Assembly: GCA_021796545.1 (NCBI GenBank)
Contig: JAKABX010000002.1
Span: 1 to 62,834, forward strand
DNA from: Actinomycetes bacterium
Lineage (GTDB): Bacteria; Actinomycetota; Acidimicrobiia; Acidimicrobiales; Bog-793
Direction of reading: 5' to 3'
Length of the DNA: 62,834 nucleotides
A model generated the notes under the pieces. It saw nothing but the letters and a program-made list of their open reading frames with translations, searched no databases and was not told the DNA's origin. Below, in pieces: positions 55,559-62,834 of this stretch. The position numbers and the translations under genes were made by a program. Numbering within the stretch: the stretch's first letter is position 1; the number at the start of each line of letters is the position of its first letter.

Positions 55559-56672
55559 ATCTGCAGACGTGAAGAAGGGCCTGGTCGGCGTCGTCGCCGA
55601 CACCACGGCGATCTCCAAGGTCAACGAGGAGACGAACTCGCTTTTGTACCGCGGCTACCCGGTCCAGGAGCTGGCGGCGTCGCGCCGCTTCGAAGAGGTC
55701 GCGTACCTGCTCTGGCACGGCGAGCTCCCCGATCCTGACGCGCTCGAGGGCTTCTTGGCGGCGGAGCGCGCGCGCCGGCAGGTCGACCCGGGGATCCTCG
55801 CGACGTTGGGTGCGCTGCCCGAGAGCTGCCACCCGATGGACGCGTTGCGTACCGGCGTCAGCCTTCTCGGTGCCCACGACGCGCACGGAGGGGACAACTC
55901 GGCCGCGGCGAACCGACAGAAGTCCCTCGACCTCTTCGCCCAGATCCCGACGATCGTCGCGGCGGAGCAGCGGCGGCGGCGCGGTCTCCCCCCGCTCGCG
56001 CCGGACCCGGCGCTCGGGTTCGCGGAGAACTTCTTCCAGATGTGCTTCGGCGAGGTTCCCGAGCCCGAGGTCGTCCGCTGCTTCGAGATCTCCCTCATCT
56101 TGTACGCCGAGCACAGCTTCAACGCCTCGACGTTCACCGCGCGGGTGATCGCTTCCACGCTCTCGGACATCCACAGCGCGGTGACGGGCGCGATCGGTGC
56201 GCTGAAGGGCCCCCTGCACGGCGGCGCCAACGAGGCGGTCATGGCGATGATGCTCGAGATCGGCGCGCCGGAGAACGCCGAGCGGTGGCTGGCCGAGGCG
56301 CTCGCGGACAAGCGCAAGATCATGGGCTTTGGCCACCGTGTCTACAAGCACGGCGACAGTCGGGTCCCGACGATGCGCGCGGCGCTCGAGACCATGGCCG
56401 CCCGGCGTGACGGCGCGTGGCTGCTCGGGATCTCCGAGCAGCTCGCACGGGGGATGCTCGAGGCCAAGGGGATCCACCCGAACCTCGACTTCCCCGCCGG
56501 ACCCGCGTACCACCTCATGGGCTTCGATGTCGCGATGTTCACACCGATCTTCGTCGTGAGCCGGATCACGGGCTGGACGGCCCATGTCATGGAGCAGCTC
56601 GCGGCCAACTCCCTGATCCGCCCCCTCGCCGCCTACGACGGCCCGGGTGAGCGCCACGTTCCGGGGAACTGA
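55548..56672 (+). CDS. prpC: 2-methylcitrate synthase / citrate synthase family
   Basis: ATG 55548 (11-nt overlap with prpB). Citrate synthase signature MGFGHRVYKHGDSR. Confidence 0.9.
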   Translation: MSAESADVKKGLVGVVADTTAISKVNEETNSLLYRGYPVQELAASRRFEEVAYLLWHGELPDPDALEGFLAAERARRQVDPGILATLGALPESCHPMDALRTGVSLLGAHDAHGGDNSAAANRQKSLDLFAQIPTIVAAEQRRRRGLPPLAPDPALGFAENFFQMCFGEVPEPEVVRCFEISLILYAEHSFNASTFTARVIASTLSDIHSAVTGAIGALKGPLHGGANEAVMAMMLEIGAPENAERWLAEALADKRKIMGFGHRVYKHGDSRVPTMRAALETMAARRDGAWLLGISEQLARGMLEAKGIHPNLDFPAGPAYHLMGFDVAMFTPIFVVSRITGWTAHVMEQLAANSLIRPLAAYDGPGERHVPGN

Positions 56673-56792
56673 GCGACGGGCGGCGGTGCGCGCCCGCCTT
56701 GACGGGTGCGTGGACCCTGTCACAGGATCGGCAGGCGATGGAGATCGGGAGTCCAAGGCGATGAGCGGCCACACGTCCCGGGTGCGCTAGGC

Positions 56793-57230
56793 GTGCGCGC
56801 CCTGGTCCAGCGGGTCCGGTCGGCGTCGGTGACCGTCGCCGGCGAGACCGTGGCCGAGATCGGCATCGGCATGGTCGCGCTCGTCTGCGTCGCGGGGGGC
56901 GACGACGCCGCCGCGGCCGAGCGTCTGGCCGGGCGGCTGCACCACCTGAGGATCTTCCCGGACGCCAGCGGACAGGCGAACCTCTCGGTCGCCGACTGCG
57001 GCCACGACATCCTCGTGGTCAGCCAGTTCACGCTCTGCGCCGACACGACGCGGGGGCGGCGGCCGTCCTACCTCGCTGCCGCCCAGCCCGAGCAGGCCGA
57101 GCCGGTCGTCGGCGCCCTCGTCGAAGCCTTGCGCAGCGCCGGTGCGCGGGTCGCCACCGGTCGTTTCGGGGCCGAGATGGAGGTCGCTCTCGTCAACGAC
57201 GGGCCGTTCACCCTTCTGATCGAGGCCTGA
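56793..57230 (+). CDS. dtd: D-aminoacyl-tRNA deacylase
   Basis: GTG 56793. VRALVQRV start, SQFTL and NDGPFT motifs. Confidence 0.9.
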   Translation: MRALVQRVRSASVTVAGETVAEIGIGMVALVCVAGGDDAAAAERLAGRLHHLRIFPDASGQANLSVADCGHDILVVSQFTLCADTTRGRRPSYLAAAQPEQAEPVVGALVEALRSAGARVATGRFGAEMEVALVNDGPFTLLIEA

Positions 57231-57344
57231 GGTCCCCCGCGCGCGTCCCTCGCCCGGCTCGCCAACGGGGCATGATCGGGGAGAACCTGGCGCCGCGCAC
57301 CCGTGCGGCGCGGGTGCACCGGGCGACGAGAGAGGGGCACGAGC

Positions 57345-58385
57345 ATGACGACGAGCAGGCCGATGCAGCTCGGGATGGTGGGACTCGGACGGATGGGCGC
57401 GAACATCGTCCGCCGGCTCACCCGCGACGGACACCACTGCGTCGCCTACGACGTGAGCCCGGCCGCTGTCGCGGCCCTCGAGGCTGAGGGCGTGAGCGGC
57501 GCGCGCTCCTTGGAGGAGCTCGTCGGCAAGCTCGACGCGCCCCGCGCTGTCTGGGTCATGGTTCCGGCCGGGGAGATCACCCGGAGGACGATCGATGAGC
57601 TGGCGGCCCGGCTCTCTCGTGGCGACACCATCATCGACGGCGGCAACTCCTACTACCGAGACGACATCCGCCGCGCCGCCCACCTCGCCGACCAAGGGAT
57701 CCATCTCGTCGACTGCGGGACGAGCGGAGGCGTCTTCGGTCTGGAGCGCGGCTACTGCCTGATGATCGGCGGGGAGGATGAAGCCGTCGAGCGCCTGGAC
57801 CCGATCTTCTGCTCCCTCGCGCCCGGAGTCGCCGCGGCCGAGCGCACGCCTGGCCGCAGCGGTGAGCCCGACGCCGCCGAGCAGGGGTACCTGCACTGCG
57901 GCCCGAGTGGGGCGGGGCACTTCGTGAAGATGGTCCACAACGGGATCGAGTACGGGATGATGGCCGCGCTCGCGGAGGGGCTGAACATCCTCCACAACGC
58001 CGACGCCGGGACGCGCACCGAGTCCGGCGACGCCGAAACCGCCCCGCTCGAGGAGCCCGAGTTCTACCGCTTCAACATCGACACGGCCGCGGTCGCCGAG
58101 GTCTGGCGCCGCGGCAGCGTGATCGGCTCGTGGCTGCTCGACCTGACCGCACAGGCGCTTTGCGCCTCGCCCGGCCTCGAGGAGTTCAGCGGACGGGTGT
58201 CGGACTCGGGAGAGGGTCGCTGGACCTCGATTGCGGCCATCGACGAGGGCGTTCCCGCCCCGGTGCTCACGAGCGCGCTGTACGCGCGCTTCAGCTCGCG
58301 GGGGCTCGGTGACTTCGGGGACAAGACGCTCTCGGCCATGCGCAAGGCCTTCGGTGGCCACGACGAGAAAGCCGCCACGGCCTAA
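57345..58385 (+). CDS. gnd: 6-phosphogluconate dehydrogenase (decarboxylating), short Gnd/YqeC type
   Basis: MQLGMVGLGRMGANIVRRL Rossmann fold, and GHFVKMVHNGIEYG motif. Confidence 0.9.
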   Translation: MTTSRPMQLGMVGLGRMGANIVRRLTRDGHHCVAYDVSPAAVAALEAEGVSGARSLEELVGKLDAPRAVWVMVPAGEITRRTIDELAARLSRGDTIIDGGNSYYRDDIRRAAHLADQGIHLVDCGTSGGVFGLERGYCLMIGGEDEAVERLDPIFCSLAPGVAAAERTPGRSGEPDAAEQGYLHCGPSGAGHFVKMVHNGIEYGMMAALAEGLNILHNADAGTRTESGDAETAPLEEPEFYRFNIDTAAVAEVWRRGSVIGSWLLDLTAQALCASPGLEEFSGRVSDSGEGRWTSIAAIDEGVPAPVLTSALYARFSSRGLGDFGDKTLSAMRKAFGGHDEKAATA

Positions 58386-58403
58386 CCGGAAGGAGAGCGG
58401 GAC

Positions 58404-58439
58404 GGCGGTCGGGGGCAGCGTGCGGCGCCCCCGACCGCC
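58404..58439 (+). terminator. Perfect 12-bp GC hairpin 19 nt after the gnd stop
   Basis: GGCGGTCGGGGG-(12 nt)-CCCCCGACCGCC. Confidence 0.6.
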
Positions 58440-58664
58440 GTGGGACCCGGCCGCAGGGGGCGTCGCGACCGGGCATGCGGTCCGTGCGTTGCCGGTTTTT
58501 GTGTCCGGGTTGCAAGACGGTCCGCCTGTCCCCGTAAGCGTCGCCGAGGGGCTCTCTGGGCGCGTAGGGCCGAAGGTCACACGCGCGCTGCCGGAGGACA
58601 CGCGCGGCGTGGGCTTGCCGCTCGAGCCGCGACGGCGCCGGTCGAGGCACCCGACGCGTTCTGC

Positions 58665-59579
58665 CTAGAGGTTGAAGGCGCGCACCATCGGGCGCGCCCG
58701 GCGCGCGCCGCCGAGAAGGGGCAGGTGGAGGAGCTGCTCTGTGGTGCGGAGCAGAGAATATGCGTCAAAGCGCGCGGCCGAGCGCGTTCCGGGTCGGACC
58801 GAGGGCGCCACCACGTAGGTCGCGACGTGGTTTCCCGGGCCGGTGTCACTCTCGTCGAAGGTGATGAACAGCACCATGGCTCCCGCACGGTAGGCGCGGC
58901 TTGCTGTGATGAGCGGGACGATGCGTGAGAGCCAGCGATCGCCAGTCGACACCGGGCAGCTGTGCATGTCGTCGCAGACGTTGGGAGTGATGAAGGTGAA
59001 GGCGGACGAGAGCTGAAGCGGGAGACCAAGGGGGATGTCGTCCCGTCGGCACTCTGCACGCAGGTTGGTGAAGTAGACGGCGGGGTTGTGCCGCGCCGCA
59101 TACTCGCCGCTCGTCACGGTGTCGCACGCGTGCGGCATCGACTCCTCGAGCGCGCGCCAGTCGCCGTGCAGCTGGCCGAAGAGGTTCGCGACCTCGAGGG
59201 GGTGGGCGGCCGGCTCGCCGTCGTCGGCGATCCCTTCGGTCGAGCCGGCCGTGAGGGAGATGTAGTTCGGAAGGCTCGGGTGCGCGAGCGCGACATAGTT
59301 CGTCGCGAGGCCGCATGCCTGCGCGAGGCGGGCGAGGTACGGCGCGGCGGCAGCATCGGTCGCCTGCGCGTAACCCTGGTTCTCCATCACGATCCACACG
59401 ACGTGGCGGTAGCGGCCCGCCGTCCGTGACTCCCCGCATCCTGACGTGTGGGTGGCCGCCGGGCGCGAGCGGTGGGAGGCCGACGCGTGCGGCGTCGAGA
59501 CGACCGCGCCGGCGGCCGACAGCGCACAGGCGGCGAGTACGCCGGCGAGCCGGCGCCGAGCGGAGGGGTCGAGCGCCAC
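58665..59579 (-). CDS. Secreted phosphoesterase-family protein (acid phosphatase / phospholipase C-like, PF04185-type)
   Basis: Signal peptide. VVWIVMENQ, HPSLPNYISL and ITPNVCDDMH motifs. Confidence 0.8.
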   Translation of the reverse strand: MALDPSARRRLAGVLAACALSAAGAVVSTPHASASHRSRPAATHTSGCGESRTAGRYRHVVWIVMENQGYAQATDAAAAPYLARLAQACGLATNYVALAHPSLPNYISLTAGSTEGIADDGEPAAHPLEVANLFGQLHGDWRALEESMPHACDTVTSGEYAARHNPAVYFTNLRAECRRDDIPLGLPLQLSSAFTFITPNVCDDMHSCPVSTGDRWLSRIVPLITASRAYRAGAMVLFITFDESDTGPGNHVATYVVAPSVRPGTRSAARFDAYSLLRTTEQLLHLPLLGGARRARPMVRAFNL

Positions 59580-59676
59580 GGCAGCGTTGTTAGCAGAGCA
59601 CTCGCCTGCGCGCGCTGCCGTCGGTCACAGCGCCGGTCGGCGGCCTCTACGCTTCGTGGCACGGGGGAGGGGAACG

Positions 59677-60948
59677 ATGCGAGTGGGACCGCTGATCGAC
59701 ACCGACGGGGAGATCCCCCACCACGAGCGGGGAGCCGGCCCCGGCGGGGCCTTCGTCGTGGGGCCGGGGCTGCTTGCCGCCGGCACCCCCGGCGGACCGC
59801 TCTCCGGGCTCAGGTTCGCGGTGAAGGACCTGTTCGATGTGGCCAGGACGCGGACGGGTGCGGGGAACCCGGACTTCCTCGCCGACGCGCCGGTCGCCAC
59901 ACGCCACGCCTCGGCGGTCGCCGCGCTCGTCGCGGCCGGCGCGGACCTGGTCGGAAAGACAGTCACCGACGAGCTCGCCTACAGCCTGTCGGGAACCAAC
60001 GTGCACTACGGGACGCCCGTCAACCCCGCCGCCCCCGGGCATGTGCCGGGTGGCTCCTCGAGCGGGTCCGCCGTGGCGGTCGCGACAGGCGCCGTCGACT
60101 TCGCGCTGGGGACCGACACCGGCGGGTCCGTGCGTGTCCCCGCGTCGTACTGCGGCATCTACGGCATCCGCCCCTCCCACGGGCGGATCCCCATCGACGG
60201 GGTGGTCCCGCTTTCCCCCAGCTTTGACACCGTCGGCGTGTTCGCTCGTGATCCCGCGCTCTTGCAGCGCGCATTCGTTGTCTTCGCGCCCGAGGCGCCC
60301 GAGGCGCGGCCCCCGCGGCGGCTGCTTCTCGCAGACGCGCTCTTCGGGCTCGGCGACGCGGCCACCCGCCGCAGCCTGGAGCGGGTCGCGATCCGTCTCG
60401 GCACGCTCGCGGGCGTCCCCGCAGCGCCGAGTGCGGTGCCCGACGAGGCCGTCCTCGAGGAGATGGCCGAGGTGTATTCCACGGTGCAGATGGCCGAGGC
60501 GTGGGCAGCCCACGGGGCCTGGATCGCCGCGCGCCGGCCACGCTTTGGACCGGGGGTCGCGGCCCGCTTCGCGCGTGCCGCCGCCCTGGCCCCCGGCGCT
60601 CGCGCAGCGGCGCTTTCGGGCCTCGAGCGGGCGCGCGCCCTCCTGCAAGATCTCGTCGGGGAGGGCGGTGTCCTCGTCCAACCGGCGGCTGTCAGCGGCG
60701 CGCCGCCCTATGACCTCGACGACGCGGACAAGGACGAACTGCGGCGTCGCACCCTGCTGCTCACCGCGTTCGCCAGCTCCGCGGGAGCGCCCGTGGTGGT
60801 GGTCCCCGCGGCGCGCGTCGCCGGGCTCCCGGTCGGTCTCGCGCTCGTCGGCGCGCCGGGAAGCGACGAGTCCCTGATCACCCTCGCGATCCTCGCAGCC
60901 CACGGACTTGCCGGCGAGCGGAGCGCGGGGGCACCTACGCCAAGCTGA
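59677..60948 (+). CDS. Amidase-signature family amidase
   Basis: ORF 59446..60948 trimmed to ATG 59677 (GGAGG upstream). FAVKDLFDV (catalytic Lys context) and GGSSSGSAVAVA. Confidence 0.85.
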   Translation: MRVGPLIDTDGEIPHHERGAGPGGAFVVGPGLLAAGTPGGPLSGLRFAVKDLFDVARTRTGAGNPDFLADAPVATRHASAVAALVAAGADLVGKTVTDELAYSLSGTNVHYGTPVNPAAPGHVPGGSSSGSAVAVATGAVDFALGTDTGGSVRVPASYCGIYGIRPSHGRIPIDGVVPLSPSFDTVGVFARDPALLQRAFVVFAPEAPEARPPRRLLLADALFGLGDAATRRSLERVAIRLGTLAGVPAAPSAVPDEAVLEEMAEVYSTVQMAEAWAAHGAWIAARRPRFGPGVAARFARAAALAPGARAAALSGLERARALLQDLVGEGGVLVQPAAVSGAPPYDLDDADKDELRRRTLLLTAFASSAGAPVVVVPAARVAGLPVGLALVGAPGSDESLITLAILAAHGLAGERSAGAPTPS

Positions 60949-61228
60949 GCGCGCGGGCAAGGGCGCGGCCGGCGTCGCTCTCACCCGAGGCGTCGGCCCC
61001 TCGACGCGCCCGTCGGGGGCGCGTCCTGCCGGCTTTGCCGGTGCCGCTCTCCCCGGACGAGGCGGCGAACCCCGCGCTGTCCACCGGGCACGCCGTGTCG
61101 CGATGTCGAGCACGCAGCCTCGCGGACGGCGCCTGTGCGCGGCGAGCCGGGATGTTGCGGCCTTGTTCGCCGTGGGGCGGCGTCCCGCCCGCGCGCTTGC
61201 CCGGATGGCGGTTGCCACCAGGGAGTGC

Positions 61229-61762
61229 TCAGTGGGCGGGCGCGCAGCCCAGAGCGACGAGGTAGCGGTGTGCGGGAAGCCGGTAGAGGGCGACAGCGCC
61301 GGGATTGCTCCGCAGAAGCGAGAAGCGCCAGTGGCCACCGAGGTAGTGCCAGTAGTCGGTGAGCTGGGTTCCCGAGATGCTGTAGCGCACCGCGAAGTAC
61401 CCGTGGTCGACCCGGTTTGCGCCGAGGACCGTGGCTGGTCCCGGCGCGCTCGGGCACTCGTGGTGCCGTCGGATGTACTCGGCCCTCGTGATCACGGCGC
61501 GGCTCGCTGCGTCGAAGCGGTCGTAGACGGGGCCGTCGCGGTTTGCTGCGTAGTCGGCGTCGAAGCGCCGGGCGATCGCCAAGAGCGCGCCGACCGTGCG
61601 CGGGTCGGGTCGGACCGCCGCGGGGCGGCTCGCGCCGCAGGCGGCGGTCGTGACAAGGACGAACCCAAGCGCGCTGATCCGCGCGGCCGCCTGCTTGCGC
61701 GCACCGAGGGGCCCGCGCCCTTGCGAGGCCGGGTCCGCGCGGCCCCCACGCAAGAGGCTCAT
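61229..61762 (-). CDS. Hypothetical lipoprotein
   Basis: C-terminal 177 aa of ORF 61229..62152 from ATG 61762. Lipobox-like LVTTAAC. No family recognised. Confidence 0.5.
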   Translation of the reverse strand: MSLLRGGRADPASQGRGPLGARKQAAARISALGFVLVTTAACGASRPAAVRPDPRTVGALLAIARRFDADYAANRDGPVYDRFDAASRAVITRAEYIRRHHECPSAPGPATVLGANRVDHGYFAVRYSISGTQLTDYWHYLGGHWRFSLLRSNPGAVALYRLPAHRYLVALGCAPAH

Positions 61763-62254
61763 GACGCGACGTGCCTTGCTCCCCGGGGAAGCCGCCGACC
61801 GCCACCGAACACATCGGGGTCTGCGAACCTCCGCGGCCGCCCCCGGCAGGGGCGCGTGGGCCCCGCGGAACAGCGCACCGGCGATCTGGCGTCCGCCGCC
61901 CGCGGGCGCGTCTGCAGCTGTGGCAGCGCCGGCGGCGCTATGGGAGAAGCCACCGTGGCCGCAACAGACCTGTTGGCGCGCCCCGTCCTCGGGCCGCACG
62001 TTGCAGAGGTCCCGTGGGGAAGCCGGCCGCCGCGCGCGGTGGCCCATGTCCTTCGCCCGGGTTGCGCGGGCACATCGCGGCTCGGCGGCGCGCCGGCTCT
62101 CCTCAGCGCGACAGGAGGTCGCACGTCCGCGCGGCGCCGGGCACAGGGACATCCTAATGGCGCGGGGCGCCGGATCCCCGTGGCGGGCCCCTGGCCCGAC
62201 CGACGTGCGAAAGATGCCCCGCTACCATGCGTCGGAGTCGACAGGGGGCACAAA

Positions 62255-62834
62255 ATGGAGCTGCAGAACGAGTTCACGGTCTCGGTCCCCGTCGAACAGG
62301 CCTGGACTGTGCTCACCGACGTCGAGCGGGTTGCGCCCTGCATCCCCGGTGCGACACTCGAGGAGGCCGAGGGCGAGGAGTACCGGGGCACCGTCCGCCT
62401 AAAGGTCGGTCCGATCACCGTCCAGTACCGGGGGACCGCGCGCTTTGTCGAGCTGGACGCGCCCGGCACCCGCGCGGTTCTGCGCGCCGAGGGTCGGGAG
62501 ACCCGCGGCCAGGGCGGTGCGTCTGCGACGATCTCCGCTTCGCTGGCTCCCGAGAAGGACGCCACCAGGATCAAAATCGTGACCGATCTCACGGTCACCG
62601 GTCGCGTCGCCCAGTTCGGCAGGGGTGTCCTCGCCGAGGTGAGCAACAAGCTCGTCCAGCAGTTCGTGGAGTGCCTCGAGACCACGGTGCTCGCCACCCC
62701 GAGCACGGCGGCGGCGCCAGCCGGGCAGGCCCCGACCCCAGAGGTCAGCGAAGAACCCCCGACGTCGGGGCCGCCGCCCGGGGCCGGGGGGGCCGTGCCC
62801 GTGGTCTCCCTCGTCGGCCCCGCCCTGCTCAAGC
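62255..62834 (+). CDS. coxG: CoxG-like SRPBCC protein (carbon monoxide dehydrogenase subunit G family), 3' end beyond the window
   Basis: Not in the ORF track because there is no stop in the window. My translation from ATG 62255 reads MELQNEFTVSVPVEQAWTVLTDVERVAPCIPGATLEEAEGEEYRGTVRLKVGPITVQYRG..., typical of CoxG, followed by a Pro/Ala linker. Confidence 0.75.
   Translation, partial: MELQNEFTVSVPVEQAWTVLTDVERVAPCIPGATLEEAEGEEYRGTVRLKVGPITVQYRGTARFVELDAPGTRAVLRAEGRETRGQGGASATISASLAPEKDATRIKIVTDLTVTGRVAQFGRGVLAEVSNKLVQQFVECLETTVLATPSTAAAPAGQAPTPEVSEEPPTSGPPPGAGGAVPVVSLVGPALLK

Noticed and set aside
58440-58664. Possible sRNA between the convergent gnd and phosphoesterase genes (GGTTTTT tract at about 58493, CACGCGCG direct repeats).
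   Set aside because: No convincing promoter-plus-terminator pair or conserved structure could be derived by eye. It is more simply the 3' UTRs of convergent genes.

Overview
Very GC-rich, Actinomycetota-like chromosomal segment. GC content and taxonomy were not computed; the judgement rests on codon bias, GTG/TTG starts, Arg/Ala/Gly-rich proteomes and shadow ORFs in every frame. I can support about 57 protein-coding genes, one cobalamin riboswitch, three strong terminator hairpins and a few operator-like repeats. I saw no rRNA, tRNA, CRISPR array, transposase or integrase. Gene order, left to right:
- Peptide-type ABC importer (fused double ATPase, divergent SBP, two permeases), with two unexplained gaps of 1.2-1.3 kb.
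- FAD oxidoreductase.
- GT39-like membrane glycosyltransferase.
- Flavodoxin.
- Two small membrane proteins.
- Secreted protein.
- MprF-type (DUF2156) aminoacyl-PG synthase-like gene.
- CtaG-like assembly factor.
- PAS/HD-GYP protein.
- A long minus-strand block: two MurG-like GTs, epimerase, GT4, MsbA-like ABC exporter, Ugd and GpmA-like phosphatase, all joined by 4-nt start/stop overlaps, followed by an HK/OmpR-type RR pair.
- DUF2157 protein, Bcp, DCC protein, galT-galK.
- Stand-alone NuoF-like flavoprotein flanked by tiny membrane ORFs.
- NarL-type TCS headed by an internally duplicated membrane protein and divergent from two cupredoxins carrying a CuA-like H..C-x3-C-G motif.
- Cobalamin-riboswitch-controlled BtuFCD-like importer.
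- Orphan HK.
- trxA with a palindromic operator.
- Methyltransferase, small Cys4 protein, MscL with a zinc-ribbon tail.
- PIN-PhoH (PhoH2), prpDBC, dtd, gnd, phosphoesterase, amidase, lipoprotein, and a 3'-truncated coxG-like gene.
The two best candidates for an undescribed system are (i) the cupredoxin / duplicated-membrane-protein / NarL-TCS locus at 38.5-43.8 kb and (ii) the seven-gene translationally coupled GT/uronic-acid/ABC-exporter block at 22.2-30.8 kb. All functional calls come from motif recognition by eye; no database search was run.
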